Source: a virus
Taxonomy: Duplodnaviria > Caudoviricetes
IMG/VR virus record: IMGVR_UViG_3300016662_000121
Coordinates: 1 to 36,058 of that record
Reading direction: 5' to 3' (one strand)
DNA length: 36,058 nucleotides
Shown here piece by piece: positions 34,995 through 36,058 of this stretch. Numbering within the stretch: the stretch's first letter is position 1; each line of letters opens with the position of its first letter. Both the position numbers and the translations under genes were made by a program. The notes below the pieces were generated by a model. It was not told where the DNA came from. It ran no database searches and saw only the letters and a list, made by a program, of their open reading frames with translations.

Positions 34995-35561
34995 ATGCAA
35001 ATCACTGAAAACAACCTCAGCAACATCATGCCCAACGCCCGCTCCCAAGCGGGCGTTTTTGTTTCACCGCTCAACGACGCCATGGCGCGTCATCGCATCG
35101 ATACGCCCAAGCGCGTCGCTGCGTTTCTCGCCCAGGTCGGCCATGAGTCCGGGCAACTGCGCTACGTGCGCGAACTGGGCAACAACCAATACCTGAGCAA
35201 ATACGACACCGGCACGCTGGCCCTGCGCTTGGGCAACACGCCGGAAGCCGATGGTGACGGACAGAAGTATCGCGGTCGCGGTCTGATCCAGATCACCGGC
35301 CGCACCAACTATCGCCAGTGCAGTCTCGGGCTGTTCGGCGATGAGCGTCTGCTGTCGTTGCCTGAATTGCTCGAGCAACCACAGTGGGCGGCGGAGTCCG
35401 CCGCGTGGTTCTGGGAGCAGAACGGTTTGAACGAACTGGCGGACCGCGATCAGTTCAACACCATCACCCGTCGAATCAACGGCGGGTTGAACGGCTTGCA
35501 GGATCGCCTGGATCTCTGGGCTCGGGCGAGGGCGGTGCTATGTCCATCTCCTGGCGTGTAA
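34995..35561 (+). CDS. Glycoside hydrolase family 19 endolysin
   Basis: AAFLAQVGHESG, YRGRGLIQITG..NY, SAAWFW, TRRINGG.NG..DR; start at ATG 34995. Confidence 0.93.
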   Translation: MQITENNLSNIMPNARSQAGVFVSPLNDAMARHRIDTPKRVAAFLAQVGHESGQLRYVRELGNNQYLSKYDTGTLALRLGNTPEADGDGQKYRGRGLIQITGRTNYRQCSLGLFGDERLLSLPELLEQPQWAAESAAWFWEQNGLNELADRDQFNTITRRINGGLNGLQDRLDLWARARAVLCPSPGV

Positions 35562-36058
35562 CCGGTGTTGTATTGCTGGTTCTGGGGGCTGCCGCGCTGG
35601 CATGGCAATTCCAGGACTGGCGCTACGGTCGCCAACTGGCCGAGCAGGCCCGACAGCATGCCGAAACCCTCAACCAACTGACTCAGGCTGCTGCCTCGGC
35701 GCAGCAGGCCGAGCAGGACAAGCGTCTGGCCCTGGAGCAACGGCTCGCGGCCAGTGAACAAACCCACTATCGAGCACTCAGCGATGCCCAACGTGATCAG
35801 GATCGCCTGCGCGATCGTCTTGCCACTGCTGATCTGCGCCTGTCAGTCCTCATCGACGCAGGCGACGCTGCCCAAGGCTGCGGCGTGCCAGCCGCCTCCG
35901 GCACCGGCGGCGTGGATCATGCAACCGTACGCGCCCGACTTGACCCGGCGCATGCTCAACGAATTGTCGCCATCACCGGCGAAGGCGATCGCGGACTGAT
36001 TGCCCTGCAGGCCTGTCAGGCCTATATCAGAGCGCTGGCGCCTGCACATTTTGAATGA
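35540..36058 (+). CDS. Rz-like inner-membrane spanin
   Basis: N-terminal TM helix, coiled coil, RLSV, LQACQAYI; overlaps the endolysin end. Confidence 0.88.
   Translation: MSISWRVTGVVLLVLGAAALAWQFQDWRYGRQLAEQARQHAETLNQLTQAAASAQQAEQDKRLALEQRLAASEQTHYRALSDAQRDQDRLRDRLATADLRLSVLIDAGDAAQGCGVPAASGTGGVDHATVRARLDPAHAQRIVAITGEGDRGLIALQACQAYIRALAPAHFE
35784..35999 (+). CDS. Rz1-like outer-membrane lipoprotein spanin embedded in Rz
   Basis: Alternative frame: MPNVIRIACAIVLPLLICA-C lipobox, Pro-rich CQPPPAPAAWIM. Confidence 0.82.
   Translation: MPNVIRIACAIVLPLLICACQSSSTQATLPKAAACQPPPAPAAWIMQPYAPDLTRRMLNELSPSPAKAIAD

Larger units (their letters stand above)
2794..36058 (+). other. Dual R-type tailocin cluster with LlpA cargo
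   Basis: Two complete contractile tail gene sets with one repressor and one lysis set; no head, packaging, integrase or replication genes; adjacent to mutS. Confidence 0.93.

Noticed and set aside
2794-36058. Intact prophage, T6SS or eCIS interpretation
   Set aside because: No capsid, terminase, portal or integrase; no T6SS membrane complex or ClpV; no Afp-type ATPase or effector genes

Overview
Pseudomonas (fluorescens-group-like) chromosomal locus running from mutS (minus strand, 1-2583) into a ~33 kb plus-strand phage-tail-derived bacteriocin (tailocin) cluster, at the known mutS-cinA tailocin hotspot (cinA is not in the window). No capsid, portal, terminase, integrase or replication genes are visible, so this is not an intact prophage. 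Gene order: PrtR-like S24 autocleaving repressor; sigma70 promoter with ATGC-N6-GCAT boxes; ~290-nt highly structured leader; two orphan tail-fibre-assembly (Tfa) genes between two copies of a ~48-bp terminator element; holin; an unlisted 52-aa Mu Com-like zinc finger; an LlpA lectin-like bacteriocin; R-tailocin 1 (P2/VP882-like gene set) whose 1005-aa fibre has three tandem collar+variable-tip modules; R-tailocin 2 (Mu/SfV-like gene set) with three fibre+chaperone pairs sharing one N-terminal anchor; GH19 endolysin, Rz and embedded Rz1. Both tail chaperone genes have -1 frameshift extensions. The least explained parts are the regulatory layer (no PrtN/Q-type activator, several internal terminators, structured boxA-bearing leader), the repeat-bounded orphan Tfa cassette, the Com-LlpA pairing and the concatenated multi-tip fibre. 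All family assignments come from motif recognition and synteny; no database search was run.
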